64,000 nt of DNA from the IMG/VR virus record IMGVR_UViG_3300046454_000714, positions 23,528-87,527 of that record; one strand, written 5' to 3'. The DNA is from a virus. The notes below the pieces were generated by a model. The model was not told the DNA's origin, did not search any database, and was given only the letters and a program-made list of their open reading frames with translations. The position numbers and the translations under genes were made by a program. Shown in pieces: positions 55,813 to 64,000 of the stretch (position 1 is its first letter; each line of letters starts with the position of its first letter).

Positions 55813-56466
55813 ATGGAACTCAACTCCCCAGACCTCCTCGCGCCAGTCGGCGGGGGAGGGGCCCTCGTCGGCTACGCCCGCGTCAGCACCAAGGGCCAAC
55901 TCCTCGACCGACAGATCGCAGCCCTCGAAGCCGCCGGATGCCAACGGATCTTCAGCGACAAGAAGTCCGGCAAGAACACCGAGCGCGAGGAGCTCTGGAA
56001 GGCCCTCGACTACTCGCGCGGAGGCGACACCATCGTCGTTCCATCGCTCGACCGCCTCGGTCGCTCCATCCAAGACCTCATCACCATCGTCGCCAGCCTC
56101 CGCGAGCGCGCCATCGGCTTCCGCTCCCTGCACGAGTCCCTCGACACCACCACCCCCGGCGGCCGGCTCGTCTTCCATGTCTTCGCCGCCCTCGCCGAGT
56201 TCATCCGCGAACTCATCGTGCAGGGCACCCATGAGGGCCTCGCAGCTGCGCGCGCCCGCGGGCAGCGACTCGGTCGGCCGCCGGCGATGGCTGAGGAGCA
56301 GATCCGCCACGCGTACACGATGCTCACCGACCCCGAGGCGTCCATCACCTCGATCGCCAAGCTCCTCGGCGTCAGCCGCACCACGATCTACAAGTACGTG
56401 CCCGAACTCGCGGCCGGGCGAGCCTCCCTCGTGTCCGCCACCGGCCGCAAGGAAGTCACGTCATGA
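55813..56466 (+). CDS. Serine resolvase/invertase
   Basis: VGYARVST...SLDRLGRS...C-terminal HTH. Confidence 0.95.
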   Translation: MELNSPDLLAPVGGGGALVGYARVSTKGQLLDRQIAALEAAGCQRIFSDKKSGKNTEREELWKALDYSRGGDTIVVPSLDRLGRSIQDLITIVASLRERAIGFRSLHESLDTTTPGGRLVFHVFAALAEFIRELIVQGTHEGLAAARARGQRLGRPPAMAEEQIRHAYTMLTDPEASITSIAKLLGVSRTTIYKYVPELAAGRASLVSATGRKEVTS

Positions 56467-56942
56467 CGCCCGCACCTGTGTGTTGGGGCTGGCCCACTGA
56501 ACTGCCGACCACAGAGGGCGTCCGGCAGAAGTTCCTCGCGGACGCCGAACGCAAGGGGTGCACGCCGGGGCAAGCCGGAGTTCTGTGGGACCTTGAGCTT
56601 GCCGCAGACGCACTCATCGGTGGCGATGACGGCGTCCTGGCTCGCTGGCAGGACGGCCGGTGCGCGATCTGCGGGCGGGTGCGCGACCTCGTCCTCGATC
56701 ATGACCACGCGACGGGTCTCGTGCGCGGCTGGCTCTGCAACTCCTGCAACACCACAGAGGGAACGAACCAGGAGCCGGACACCATCTTCTCCCTATACCG
56801 AGAGCGCCACCCGGCGGTGATCCTCGGCCTCACGATCCGCTACCTCAACCCCATCACCGGCGAGTACGCCACGCCGCAGCTCGCGACTGAGGTCGACTGG
56901 GATGAGAAGTGGACCGACGCGGCCTCGGAGGGCATCCTGTGA
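56463..56942 (+). CDS. Endonuclease VII-domain protein
   Basis: WQDGRCAICG...LDHDHATGLVRGWLCNSCNTTEG. Confidence 0.88.
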   Translation: MTPAPVCWGWPTELPTTEGVRQKFLADAERKGCTPGQAGVLWDLELAADALIGGDDGVLARWQDGRCAICGRVRDLVLDHDHATGLVRGWLCNSCNTTEGTNQEPDTIFSLYRERHPAVILGLTIRYLNPITGEYATPQLATEVDWDEKWTDAASEGIL

Positions 56943-57202
56943 CCCGCAACGACACCTGGAACGGTGAACCCCTGGACCGCGTCAGCGAAGTCCATGACCA
57001 TGCCGCGATCCACTACCGCATCCATGACGTCGACGGCGGCAGGCTGCTGGCGTTCGGCACGGCACGGCCGGGGCCGCGCGGTTGGTTGGACATCGCCGCG
57101 CACTATCGTCAGGTACAGGCAGCGCATCCTGGTCTTTTTCTTGTGCTTCGTGAGTACGACGCCGAGGCGGGAGGCGACTTCGGTCGAGAGGTCGGACCGT
57201 AG
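56939..57202 (+). CDS. Hypothetical protein
   Basis: GTGA overlap. Confidence 0.55.
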   Translation: MTRNDTWNGEPLDRVSEVHDHAAIHYRIHDVDGGRLLAFGTARPGPRGWLDIAAHYRQVQAAHPGLFLVLREYDAEAGGDFGREVGP

Positions 57203-57268
57203 ACACGCCTCGTGCCACACTGAGCCTGCCCCTGCCGCGCATCCCCCGTCGCGACAGGGGCTCAGTCG

Positions 57269-57466
57269 TCACCGCCCCCACGGCCGCCGCTCATCGCCCT
57301 GCACCTGCCGCCCGGCGCCGACCCGCCGCCAGCACCCCACAGCCCCCACCCCGAGCGCGATGACAATGACCAGCTCAACCGGATCCCCGTGCGCGACGAC
57401 GCTCATGACGCCGCCGATGGTAAGCGCGGTCAGGAACAGGGCGAGCAGCAGCCAGACGAACTTCAC
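57269..57466 (-). CDS. Small two-TM membrane protein
   Basis: VKFVWLLLALFLTALTIGG... Confidence 0.6.
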   Translation of the reverse strand: MKFVWLLLALFLTALTIGGVMSVVAHGDPVELVIVIALGVGAVGCWRRVGAGRQVQGDERRPWGR

Positions 57467-57877
57467 GGGACCCCCAAGATGGTGAGGGTGGGAATCTAGC
57501 GGACAGGGCATGAGTTTTCCCGCCCGCGTTCTGCCAGACTGGGGGTGCGATCGTCGTCTGCTCGTGGGAAACCCGGGCGCCCGGTGTCCCTGGGTCTTAG
57601 CCGACGGCGCAGTCTGGTCGGCACGCCGGTAAGGGCCAGGTACAGGAGCGTGAGCACAATCCTGGCCACCAGCACTCATCTGCCGGGATCAGGTCGGAAC
57701 CAGGCAACTGGATCCCTCCCGCCTTGAGCGGGTTGTGGCCCCCGGAGACTGCGAGAGCCCGGCCGAGTTCCTACCGGCCGGGCTCTCGCGCGTTCAGGTT
57801 TAGTTGAAGTCGCCGGCCCGAAGTTCAAGGTTGCGGCCGTTTCCTTGAACTTGCGCCGCTCCCGCTTGCCCCACAAT

Positions 57878-57893
57878 TCGAACACATGCTCTA
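57878..57893. promoter_or_regulatory. Actinobacterial SOS (LexA) box
   Basis: TCGAACACATGCTCTA versus consensus TCGAAC-N4-GTTCGA. Confidence 0.7.
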
Positions 57894-57901
57894 GTCGTGT
57901 C

Positions 57902-58126
57902 ATGGCGAGACACCAGGCCGATGACCTCACGGAGCGGCAGGAGGATATCCTCCACTGCATCCGCGAAACCCTCGCAGCCTGCGGCGAAGCACCCACCGTC
58001 CGCGAGATCAGCCGCTACGTGGGCCTGCGCAGTATCAGCGCCGTCCACTACCAGCTGAGCCAGTTGGAGCGGAAGGGCGCCATCAAGCGGGACGTCTGCC
58101 TGCCGCGGCGGATCCGGCTCCTGTGA
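57902..58126 (+). CDS. Stand-alone LexA N-terminal DNA-binding domain
   Basis: LTERQEDILHCIRE...PTVREI...GLRSISAVHYQL..LERKG. Confidence 0.88.
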   Translation: MARHQADDLTERQEDILHCIRETLAACGEAPTVREISRYVGLRSISAVHYQLSQLERKGAIKRDVCLPRRIRLL

Positions 58127-58317
58127 CCGGCCGCTTCCACCTCACCCTGACCGTCGACGGCCGCCCAGCCATGCAGGGCTGGTGGTCGGTGAGGGCGACA
58201 GCCGACCGTAAGTATCGGGAGTGGATCGGGGAGCAGGGCTCCAAGCCGGGCGCGCGGATCGTGCTCGTCGACGAGGAGACGGGCGACGTGCTGGCGGAGT
58301 GGCCGGACGAGGACTGA
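58123..58317 (+). CDS. Hypothetical protein
   Basis: GRPAMQGWW...ADRKYREWIGE. Confidence 0.75.
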   Translation: MTGRFHLTLTVDGRPAMQGWWSVRATADRKYREWIGEQGSKPGARIVLVDEETGDVLAEWPDED

Positions 58318-58439
58318 GCCCGTGTTGTCAGTGCGGGATCGTAGAGTGGCCGTACTCATCCGCGCTCGCTGCTGCGCGGTGCTTGCCCCGCCCCTGATGG
58401 ACAGCGCCACGGGGGCGGGGCGCTCGACTTGGAGGGCCT

Positions 58440-58823
58440 GTGGGAATCACGCTCCGGTTCGTGGGCGGCCCCGCCGACGGCCGCTCCTTCTCGATCCCCA
58501 GCGACAGTCCTCCTCCACTCTTCCTGATCCCGACACCGCAGCCGCTCCCCATGCTGCTGGCCGCGCCTGAGCCTTCCCTCACGCAGGCGGCCGAGTACGA
58601 ACCGCTGCGCGAGGATGGTTGGGCGCGCCGGGCGGATGACGGCGCCTACCTGTACAGGCATCGCCCCGCGCCTGTCTCGCCGGAGGAGCGGCGCGCCCTG
58701 GAACAGGCCCGCGAGGAAGCACGGCTCGCGGAAGAGCGGCGGTCGGCGGAGCTGAGGGAGGCCTGGGAGGAGATCCGCAAGGAACGTCCCGGCTACCCGG
58801 GGGACTGGCGCGACCTCTTCTAG
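58440..58823 (+). CDS. Hypothetical protein
   Basis: RFVGGPADG motif. Confidence 0.7.
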   Translation: MGITLRFVGGPADGRSFSIPSDSPPPLFLIPTPQPLPMLLAAPEPSLTQAAEYEPLREDGWARRADDGAYLYRHRPAPVSPEERRALEQAREEARLAEERRSAELREAWEEIRKERPGYPGDWRDLF

Positions 58824-59038
58824 CCCTCGGCCTCCCCGTGCCGCACGACCTGCTTCAACCCCATCTCAACGTCGATCCGCGCCACCTCGCGGCCCGCCTC
58901 TTTCGCCTGCTGCACGAACTCGTCGATGCCCGCGTGTACGGCGTGCGCGGTGTCGACGGTGAGGGCGCCGGCCTGGATCTCCTCCCAGGCGCGGGCTTCG
59001 AGGGCGAGCAGGTCGGGAGGGAAGTCGATGGTGGCCAC
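58820..59038 (-). CDS. Hypothetical protein
   Basis: IDFPPDLLALE...EMGLKQVVRH. Confidence 0.7.
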   Translation of the reverse strand: MATIDFPPDLLALEARAWEEIQAGALTVDTAHAVHAGIDEFVQQAKEAGREVARIDVEMGLKQVVRHGEAEG

Positions 59039-59117
59039 CGGGGGATCCTATGCCGGACGATCTCGCCGGTATGACGTCAGAGGAAGTGAGGGCGTCACCG
59101 ATCAGGGAGGCAGCGCG

Positions 59118-59330
59118 ATGGCCAGCGACTACATGAGGTGCCTCAACGGCATGCTCGTCATGGACGGCGTCTACGGGGTCACCTACAACGTGGACACCGT
59201 CGAGTCGATCGACGGAAACCTCGACAGCATGCGGTCGCGGCCGGACCACCCTGACATCGACCGCCTCCTGGATGCGCGGCGCCATGTCAGCGTCCTCAAC
59301 TTCATCTGGCCGCCCGTCGAGGAGAGCTGA
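59118..59330 (+). CDS. Hypothetical protein
   Basis: GGGAGG RBS. Confidence 0.55.
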   Translation: MASDYMRCLNGMLVMDGVYGVTYNVDTVESIDGNLDSMRSRPDHPDIDRLLDARRHVSVLNFIWPPVEES

Positions 59331-59494
59331 GCCGCTTCCGTGACGTGCGCGCGCATAGCCCCCAGTACCCTCACCACAGGGGCGTCCCGTGTGCGACTGG
59401 CCGGGGGCTGGGGTTCGGCGGCGGCCGGACTTGAACGGGAGAGCTGTACTGCGCCCATCCCGTGTGGCCGTCCGACGGCGGGACCCGGACGGCA

Positions 59495-59683
59495 CTACGC
59501 CGCCTCAACCAGCCCGTCCCGTTCTGCCGCCACGGCCACCGTCCACTCGTCCCGCAGCACCTCATACCGCTGCCGCGTCTCCCCGTACAGCCAGCAGCCC
59601 GCCGCAGCGACGAGGGCGCGGATCTCCTCGTTCACCACAGCGGCAGGGCGTAGAGAGCCCGGGGTGGGGGGAGTGGTGGGCAT
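59495..59683 (-). CDS. Hypothetical protein
   Basis: RPAAVVNEEIRAL...RYEVLRDEW. Confidence 0.7.
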   Translation of the reverse strand: MPTTPPTPGSLRPAAVVNEEIRALVAAAGCWLYGETRQRYEVLRDEWTVAVAAERDGLVEAA

Positions 59684-59751
59684 GGTCAAAGTCTATCGGC
59701 GGGCACCGTCAGAGCGTTTACCGGTACGTGTCCGGATCCGGTCTAGCCACC

Positions 59752-59769
59752 TTGCAGGACGTCCTGCAA
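59752..59769. promoter_or_regulatory. Perfect 18-bp palindrome, probable operator
   Basis: TTGCAGGACGTCCTGCAA, 9 bp upstream of an HTH gene start. Confidence 0.7.
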
Positions 59770-59778
59770 ACTAGTCGT

Positions 59779-60021
59779 GTGGCAGATGAAAGACAGCCCG
59801 ACCTGTGGACCATCGACGACGTCGCACGCGAACTCGGCATCAAACCGACGAGCGCGAGCGGCGCCCTCTCACGCATGGGCATCCGAGCCCACAGCTTCCG
59901 CCCCCACCCCGCCAGCAACCGGGCGCAAGCCCTGTACGACCCCGAGCAGGTCAAGGCGGCGCACGCCGTCCGGCCCGGCCGGGGCACCCGGACCGACCTC
60001 AACGACAAGGATCAGGAATGA
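59779..60021 (+). CDS. HTH DNA-binding protein
   Basis: WTIDDVARELGIKP...RPGRGTRTDL. Confidence 0.8.
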   Translation: MADERQPDLWTIDDVARELGIKPTSASGALSRMGIRAHSFRPHPASNRAQALYDPEQVKAAHAVRPGRGTRTDLNDKDQE

Positions 60022-60329
60022 CCGCAACGACCGACTGGCCCGTGGGCGTCATCGCCCGCTACCTCACCGCGGGCGGCGCCACCGTCGACCTCACACCGGG
60101 GGAGTACTCCTACGACGCGGGCGATGGAATCGTCGGCAGCCGCAACCTGACGCGCGCAGCCTGCGCCGGATGCCTTGCTCTCGAAGAGTTCAAGCACTGG
60201 CGGCCCGTCCAGCGCCTGACCTTCGTGGACGATGTGCGCGACCCAGAGGCGGCCAAGCGCGAGGCCCGTGAGTGGGCGCAGGAGCACGCCGCGAAGTGCC
60301 GCGCCATGCCGAAGCCAGCGGGAGACTGA
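60018..60329 (+). CDS. Hypothetical protein
   Basis: WPVGVIARYLTAGGATVDL...WAQEHAAKCRAMP. Confidence 0.75.
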   Translation: MTATTDWPVGVIARYLTAGGATVDLTPGEYSYDAGDGIVGSRNLTRAACAGCLALEEFKHWRPVQRLTFVDDVRDPEAAKREAREWAQEHAAKCRAMPKPAGD

Positions 60330-60577
60330 TGGCCGCCTACGAAGTCGCCGCCTATCGTGGCAACCGCAACTGGTACCGGAAGATCGCCGACTATCGGCAG
60401 ACCGTGCGCGACGAGGACGGGAAGCCCCCGGCCCGGGAGCGGGCGGATTCACTCGCCAGAGAGTTGCTGGAACGGTCCCACCGCAACCGTTTCGGCTGGA
60501 CCCGCACCCGCATCGACATCCAGCCCAAAGAGGTACCCGATGAGCGAAGTTACCCGGCGATTGGAGGTCGACCGTGA
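60329..60577 (+). CDS. Hypothetical protein
   Basis: TGATG coupling. Confidence 0.55.
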   Translation: MAAYEVAAYRGNRNWYRKIADYRQTVRDEDGKPPARERADSLARELLERSHRNRFGWTRTRIDIQPKEVPDERSYPAIGGRP

Positions 60578-60920
60578 GGCCGTCCTGCGTGCAGCCGCCG
60601 AGAAAGTGCGAGCGAAGGGGCCAGCTGAAATCCGCGCGTGGTTCAACTACTACGCCCCGGATGGCGCGCAACCCAGCCATTCGGAGCGGATCGCGGGAGC
60701 AGTAGATGCGGTAGCAAGATTGATTGAGCCGGAGCTTTCGGACGGCGACTCTCCCTCCGCGCTGCCGTCGATCCATGGGACCGATATCGAAGGGTTCTGT
60801 CCCGCCTGCGGTCACCCGACGTTGCGCGTCGGCGACGGCGGCCACCTCGTCTGCACGCTGATGGACTGCCCGAAACCTGAAGCCGCCGATGAGCTGCTGA
60901 CCAACCCGGCGAGTGGATAG
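60540..60920 (+). CDS. Hypothetical protein with Zn ribbon
   Basis: CPACG..TL.VGDGGHLVC...DCP. Confidence 0.65.
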   Translation: MSEVTRRLEVDREAVLRAAAEKVRAKGPAEIRAWFNYYAPDGAQPSHSERIAGAVDAVARLIEPELSDGDSPSALPSIHGTDIEGFCPACGHPTLRVGDGGHLVCTLMDCPKPEAADELLTNPASG

Positions 60921-60935
60921 CCTGCCCAATCATCA

Positions 60936-60965
60936 CCGAAGCCCCGCCACCGCGCGGGGCTTCGG
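60936..60965. terminator. Bidirectional hairpin
   Basis: CCGAAGCCCCGC...GCGGGGCTTCGG. Confidence 0.65.
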
Positions 60966-60969
60966 CATG

Positions 60970-61379
60970 TCAGCCCTCGGCGGGCGGCTTGGTGGCGAGG
61001 GGCCGGTGCAGTTGACCGCCCAGCCGGAAGCCGTGAATGCCCACCCGGCCTCGCGCGCCTGCCGCATCACGGCATCCAGGGTCAGCGGTCGACCGGCGGC
61101 ATCGACGAACAAAGGCCCCTCGGTTCGACCTTCGATGAGCATCCGCAGCGCGACAGCAGACGTCGGCGAGAACGGGGCCGCCTTCGGGGCGCCCTGCTTC
61201 GGGAACTCCACAACAACGGTCCGGGCCCTCAGGTCGACGTCCCGCACATCCAGCGACAGCAGGTCGTCCCGCCGCAGGTTGCCCTCCCAGAGCAGCGCCC
61301 ACAGCACCCGGTGTGCGAACGGGATCGACTCGTCGGCGACCAACTGGAGGTAGCGGTCGCGGGTGATGGGTTCGGTCAT
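60970..61379 (-). pseudogene. Frameshifted mini tyrosine-recombinase catalytic domain
   Basis: LWALLWEGNLRRDDLLSLDVRDVD; the IHGFR motif is in another frame after about 61045. Confidence 0.7.
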
Positions 61380-61633
61380 TGGGACAGTGTGCCCGGCGCG
61401 GGCTGCTTCTGGGCGACGAACGATCCGAGCCCCGGCTCCGTGTAGATAAGCCCCTCATCCCGCAGCCCGCCATGCACTTTCTGTGCGGTCGCCTGGGCGA
61501 TGCCGAACTCGGCACTCAACTGGATGACCGAGGGCACGCGCGTGCGGGGCGGGTAGGTGCCATCGGCGATCCGCTGCCGGATCACTGCGGCTACCTGCTT
61601 CCACCTGGGCACATCCGCCTCGAATTCGATCAC
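61376..61633 (-). CDS. Small GntR wHTH regulator
   Basis: RWKQVAAVIRQRIADGTYPP..RVPS...EFGIA..TAQK...GLGSFV. Confidence 0.88.
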   Translation of the reverse strand: MIEFEADVPRWKQVAAVIRQRIADGTYPPRTRVPSVIQLSAEFGIAQATAQKVHGGLRDEGLIYTEPGLGSFVAQKQPAPGTLSQ

Positions 61634-61784
61634 ACCGTCAACGTGACACGCCATCCCATGCCACGCGAGATGTCGCATACGAGGCACGGCATAGCATGCT
61701 ATGTCTAAGCTGCTGAAACGAAGCCCTCGCGACCGCCCGTACAGCAGTCCGGGGGCGTGGACGACACCGACGTGGAGCGCCGCC

Positions 61785-62015
61785 ATGGAAGAGCGTAGAG
61801 ACGGACCACCCGAGCCGGTAACCCGGCCGCCCGTCATAACCTCCGGCGCCGGGACGCTCAGCCCACTCCAGCAGGCCTGGAGCGCCTACGTCACCCATGC
61901 CACCGGCTGCGACGACTGCCGGGACATCGACAGCGCCGCCTGCGAGACCGCGGGGGAGCTGTGGCGGGCCTATCAGGCGACAGGTGATGAGGCGTACCGG
62001 CAGATGCCCCGCTGA
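61785..62015 (+). CDS. Small Cys/His protein
   Basis: YVTHATGCDDC...C...LWRAY. Confidence 0.7.
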   Translation: MEERRDGPPEPVTRPPVITSGAGTLSPLQQAWSAYVTHATGCDDCRDIDSAACETAGELWRAYQATGDEAYRQMPR

Positions 62016-62226
62016 TCGCCCGGCCGCCGCCCAGACCCCGCGGCGGTACGGGTCACACGGGGCGCGAACGGGAACGCTCTGGCCAGAGGGTCGCGGTGGG
62101 CTAGATGTTCACATGGGGCACGCCGATTCCGCACAGGTATATGCAACGGGCACGGTTCCCTTACCGCAGGTTTACCTGTTGACTATTAGTCGATAGCCCG
62201 GCCCAGACCCCGCCGGAGCTGCCTAT

Positions 62227-62472
62227 TCAGCTGCCCCCGAGGAGGTCTGTCACGTGGACTCGCAGCGCGTGCGCGATGAGCAGGAGATCCGCGTACCTCG
62301 GGTCCGTGACCGCATTCTCATACCGCTGCACGGTCCTTCGCTCTACGCCGGCGAGGTTCCCTAACTGCTCCTGGGAGAGTTCCGCGGCGCGGCGGAGGTC
62401 GGCGATGCGCTTACCGAGGGCGATCTGGCGGGCGCGGACCCAGTCGGGTCTCGTGTTGCGGCGGGCTGGCAC
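62227..62472 (-). CDS. XRE-family HTH regulator
   Basis: LSQEQLGNLAGVERRTVQRYEN. Confidence 0.9.
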   Translation of the reverse strand: MPARRNTRPDWVRARQIALGKRIADLRRAAELSQEQLGNLAGVERRTVQRYENAVTDPRYADLLLIAHALRVHVTDLLGGS

Positions 62473-62621
62473 CCGGTAAACCGTTTCGGCCAGTCGATCT
62501 TGTGTCAGTACCTAAACTGTCGCGTTCGGTCTTTTGCATATATGCAGACCAGCGCGCGGCAGGCATGATCAGCCCTGCGAGCCCTGGCATATGCCGTAGG
62601 GCTCGATGTAGTGTCCTAGAT

Positions 62622-62637
62622 TCGAACAGGTGTTCAC
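62622..62637. promoter_or_regulatory. SOS box
   Basis: TCGAACAGGTGTTCAC. Confidence 0.65.
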
Positions 62638-62792
62638 TCGAAGGAGTGAACAACCGCATTGACCTGCAACCGTTAGGCAATACGGAAGGCCAGGCACCCA
62701 AGAACGTGCCGGTGAGCCACGGTGGGGCGCCCTCCGTTGTGGTGGCCGGCGCGAGCGCACCCTCAGTCGAGAGGCTGGGGGTGCGCGCTCGT

Positions 62793-63088
62793 TTTGGGAG
62801 ACGGTTTGGGAGACGGTCACCCAGGTCGGACCCAAGCGGGCACCCAACGAATCCAGCCGAACGCAAGCGGATTCCGATGCTGTACTGGCGAGACACTGAA
62901 TCGCCGCAGGTAAGGAGCACCCAACGAGGGGTCTGGGGCGACGCGGGGGATCGTCTCAGGCGGGCGGTACGGGGGTCTGCGCAAGGTCGCGCGGCCCCCT
63001 TTTCCATGCAGCAGGACACGCGTAGAGCGATGATCCTGAACCCGCCTGCGTGATCTTCATTCTTCGTCCTGGGAGATTTCTGGGAGAT
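62793..63088. other. Probable attP with integrase arm-type repeats
   Basis: TTTGGGAGACGG x2 (62793-62816) and CTGGGAGAT x2 (63069, 63080) flank about 250 bp next to the 3' end of int. Confidence 0.65.
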
Positions 63089-64000
63089 CCACTTTCGGTC
63101 CGCGCTCCGAACGCCGCGGGCGAGGCTCCTCCCACTCCCGGTGGTGGTCCTTCACTCCCGCCGAGGCCTCCCACAGCTTCTGCAGATCCGCCGCGATGTC
63201 CAACTCCATCGGCAGCGTCGTGTGGCTGTAGGTCCCCTCAACTCCAGGGATAACGTGCCGCATCCGCTCCTCGACCGCAACCCTCGGATGCTTCAGCTCA
63301 TCGAGCCACACCTTCATGCTGTGGCGCAGGCCGTGCGGCACCATGTCCTCGATCCCGGCGACCGCCTTCATGTCCGGCAGCCGCGCGGGCCGGCCGAGCT
63401 TGTCCGGCGTGGCCGTGTGGCCATCGACCCAGCGGCGCCAGATGTCCGAGTAGAAGTAGGCAGACGTCGACATCTTCTTGCCGTTGGCCGACGGGAACAC
63501 CCACGGCGACTTGTGCGAGGCCAGCACCTCGCGCAGCAGCTCCGCGAGGAACGGCGGCAGGACGATGCTGCCCGAACTCCCGTACTTCGGATCGACCTGG
63601 GCCGGCTTGCCGTCGACGTACTGGTGCTGCTCCTCCACCAGTAGCCGGAAGCCCTGCCCGTGGTCTTCGAGGACCAGATGTTCCCGGCGCAGGCCGGCCG
63701 CCTCGGATATGCGCAGCCCGCAGTAGGCGATTGTGAGGACGAGGCCGTAGCCGACGACGCCGCGCATCTCCCGGGCGTTGCGGGCCAGCAGCAGGGCCTG
63801 GCGCGGGGTCGCGAGGACAGTGTCGTCCTTCTTCGGCTTGCCCTTGTACTTGCCGCGGCGGCGCGCCTTCAGGGTGGGGACCGGGTTGTCGGCGCGGACC
63901 TTCGAGGCGACGGCGTCGTCGAACATGACCCGCATCACCGACATGACCGACTTGACATAGCGGGGCTTGTACCGCTTACGCAGCTGCTGCTCCCAGATCT
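63057..64000 (-). CDS. int: Tyrosine integrase, 5' part beyond the window
   Basis: AYCGLRISE...PHGLRH...RMRH...EGTYSH catalytic motifs. Confidence 0.93.
   Translation of the reverse strand, partial: IWEQQLRKRYKPRYVKSVMSVMRVMFDDAVASKVRADNPVPTLKARRRGKYKGKPKKDDTVLATPRQALLLARNAREMRGVVGYGLVLTIAYCGLRISEAAGLRREHLVLEDHGQGFRLLVEEQHQYVDGKPAQVDPKYGSSGSIVLPPFLAELLREVLASHKSPWVFPSANGKKMSTSAYFYSDIWRRWVDGHTATPDKLGRPARLPDMKAVAGIEDMVPHGLRHSMKVWLDELKHPRVAVEERMRHVIPGVEGTYSHTTLPMELDIAADLQKLWEASAGVKDHHREWEEPRPRRSERGPKVDLPEISQDEE

Larger units (their letters stand above)
1..64000. mobile_element. Temperate siphophage/prophage of Streptomyces type, with plasmid/AICE-like transfer genes; both ends extend beyond the window
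   Basis: Complete head-tail-lysis gene order, tyrosine integrase, no housekeeping genes, high GC and actinophage-like small ORFs throughout. Confidence 0.95.

Noticed and set aside
57685-57718. Resemblance to SRP RNA domain IV (CAGG..GGAA..GCA)
   Set aside because: Spacing and stem do not match the SRP helix; kept only as part of the unassigned ncRNA candidate.
62472-63057. tRNA or tmRNA fragment at att; ORFs 62502-63053 and 62411-63019
   Set aside because: No T-arm/CCA pattern found; the ORFs lack RBS and motifs and overlap the att repeats.

Overview
The whole 64 kb window looks like one high-GC, Streptomyces-type temperate siphophage, judged from the gene content and protein motifs read by eye; no database searches were run. 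In order, it contains: (1) a leftward early operon cut off by the window edge; (2) a control region with a GntR/UTRA repressor and ACTTG-N6-CAAGT palindromes; (3) a plasmid/AICE-like block with an Xis-like HTH, many small genes, an Spd-like membrane protein and a TraB-like FtsK translocase followed by phased 8-bp clt-like repeats; (4) small early genes; (5) a displaced fibre-like module; (6) HNH, terminase, portal, head, tail and lysis genes; (7) an accessory region with a serine resolvase, a res-like site and SOS-boxed genes; (8) a probable intact attP and the 3' part of a tyrosine integrase. Best leads: a phage apparently carrying its own TraB/clt conjugation module; an intein in the MuF-like head gene whose endonuclease is encoded on the opposite strand; and a half-size Prp-like protease with matching WF(R/K)L(N/D)RH leaders on the scaffold and capsid proteins.
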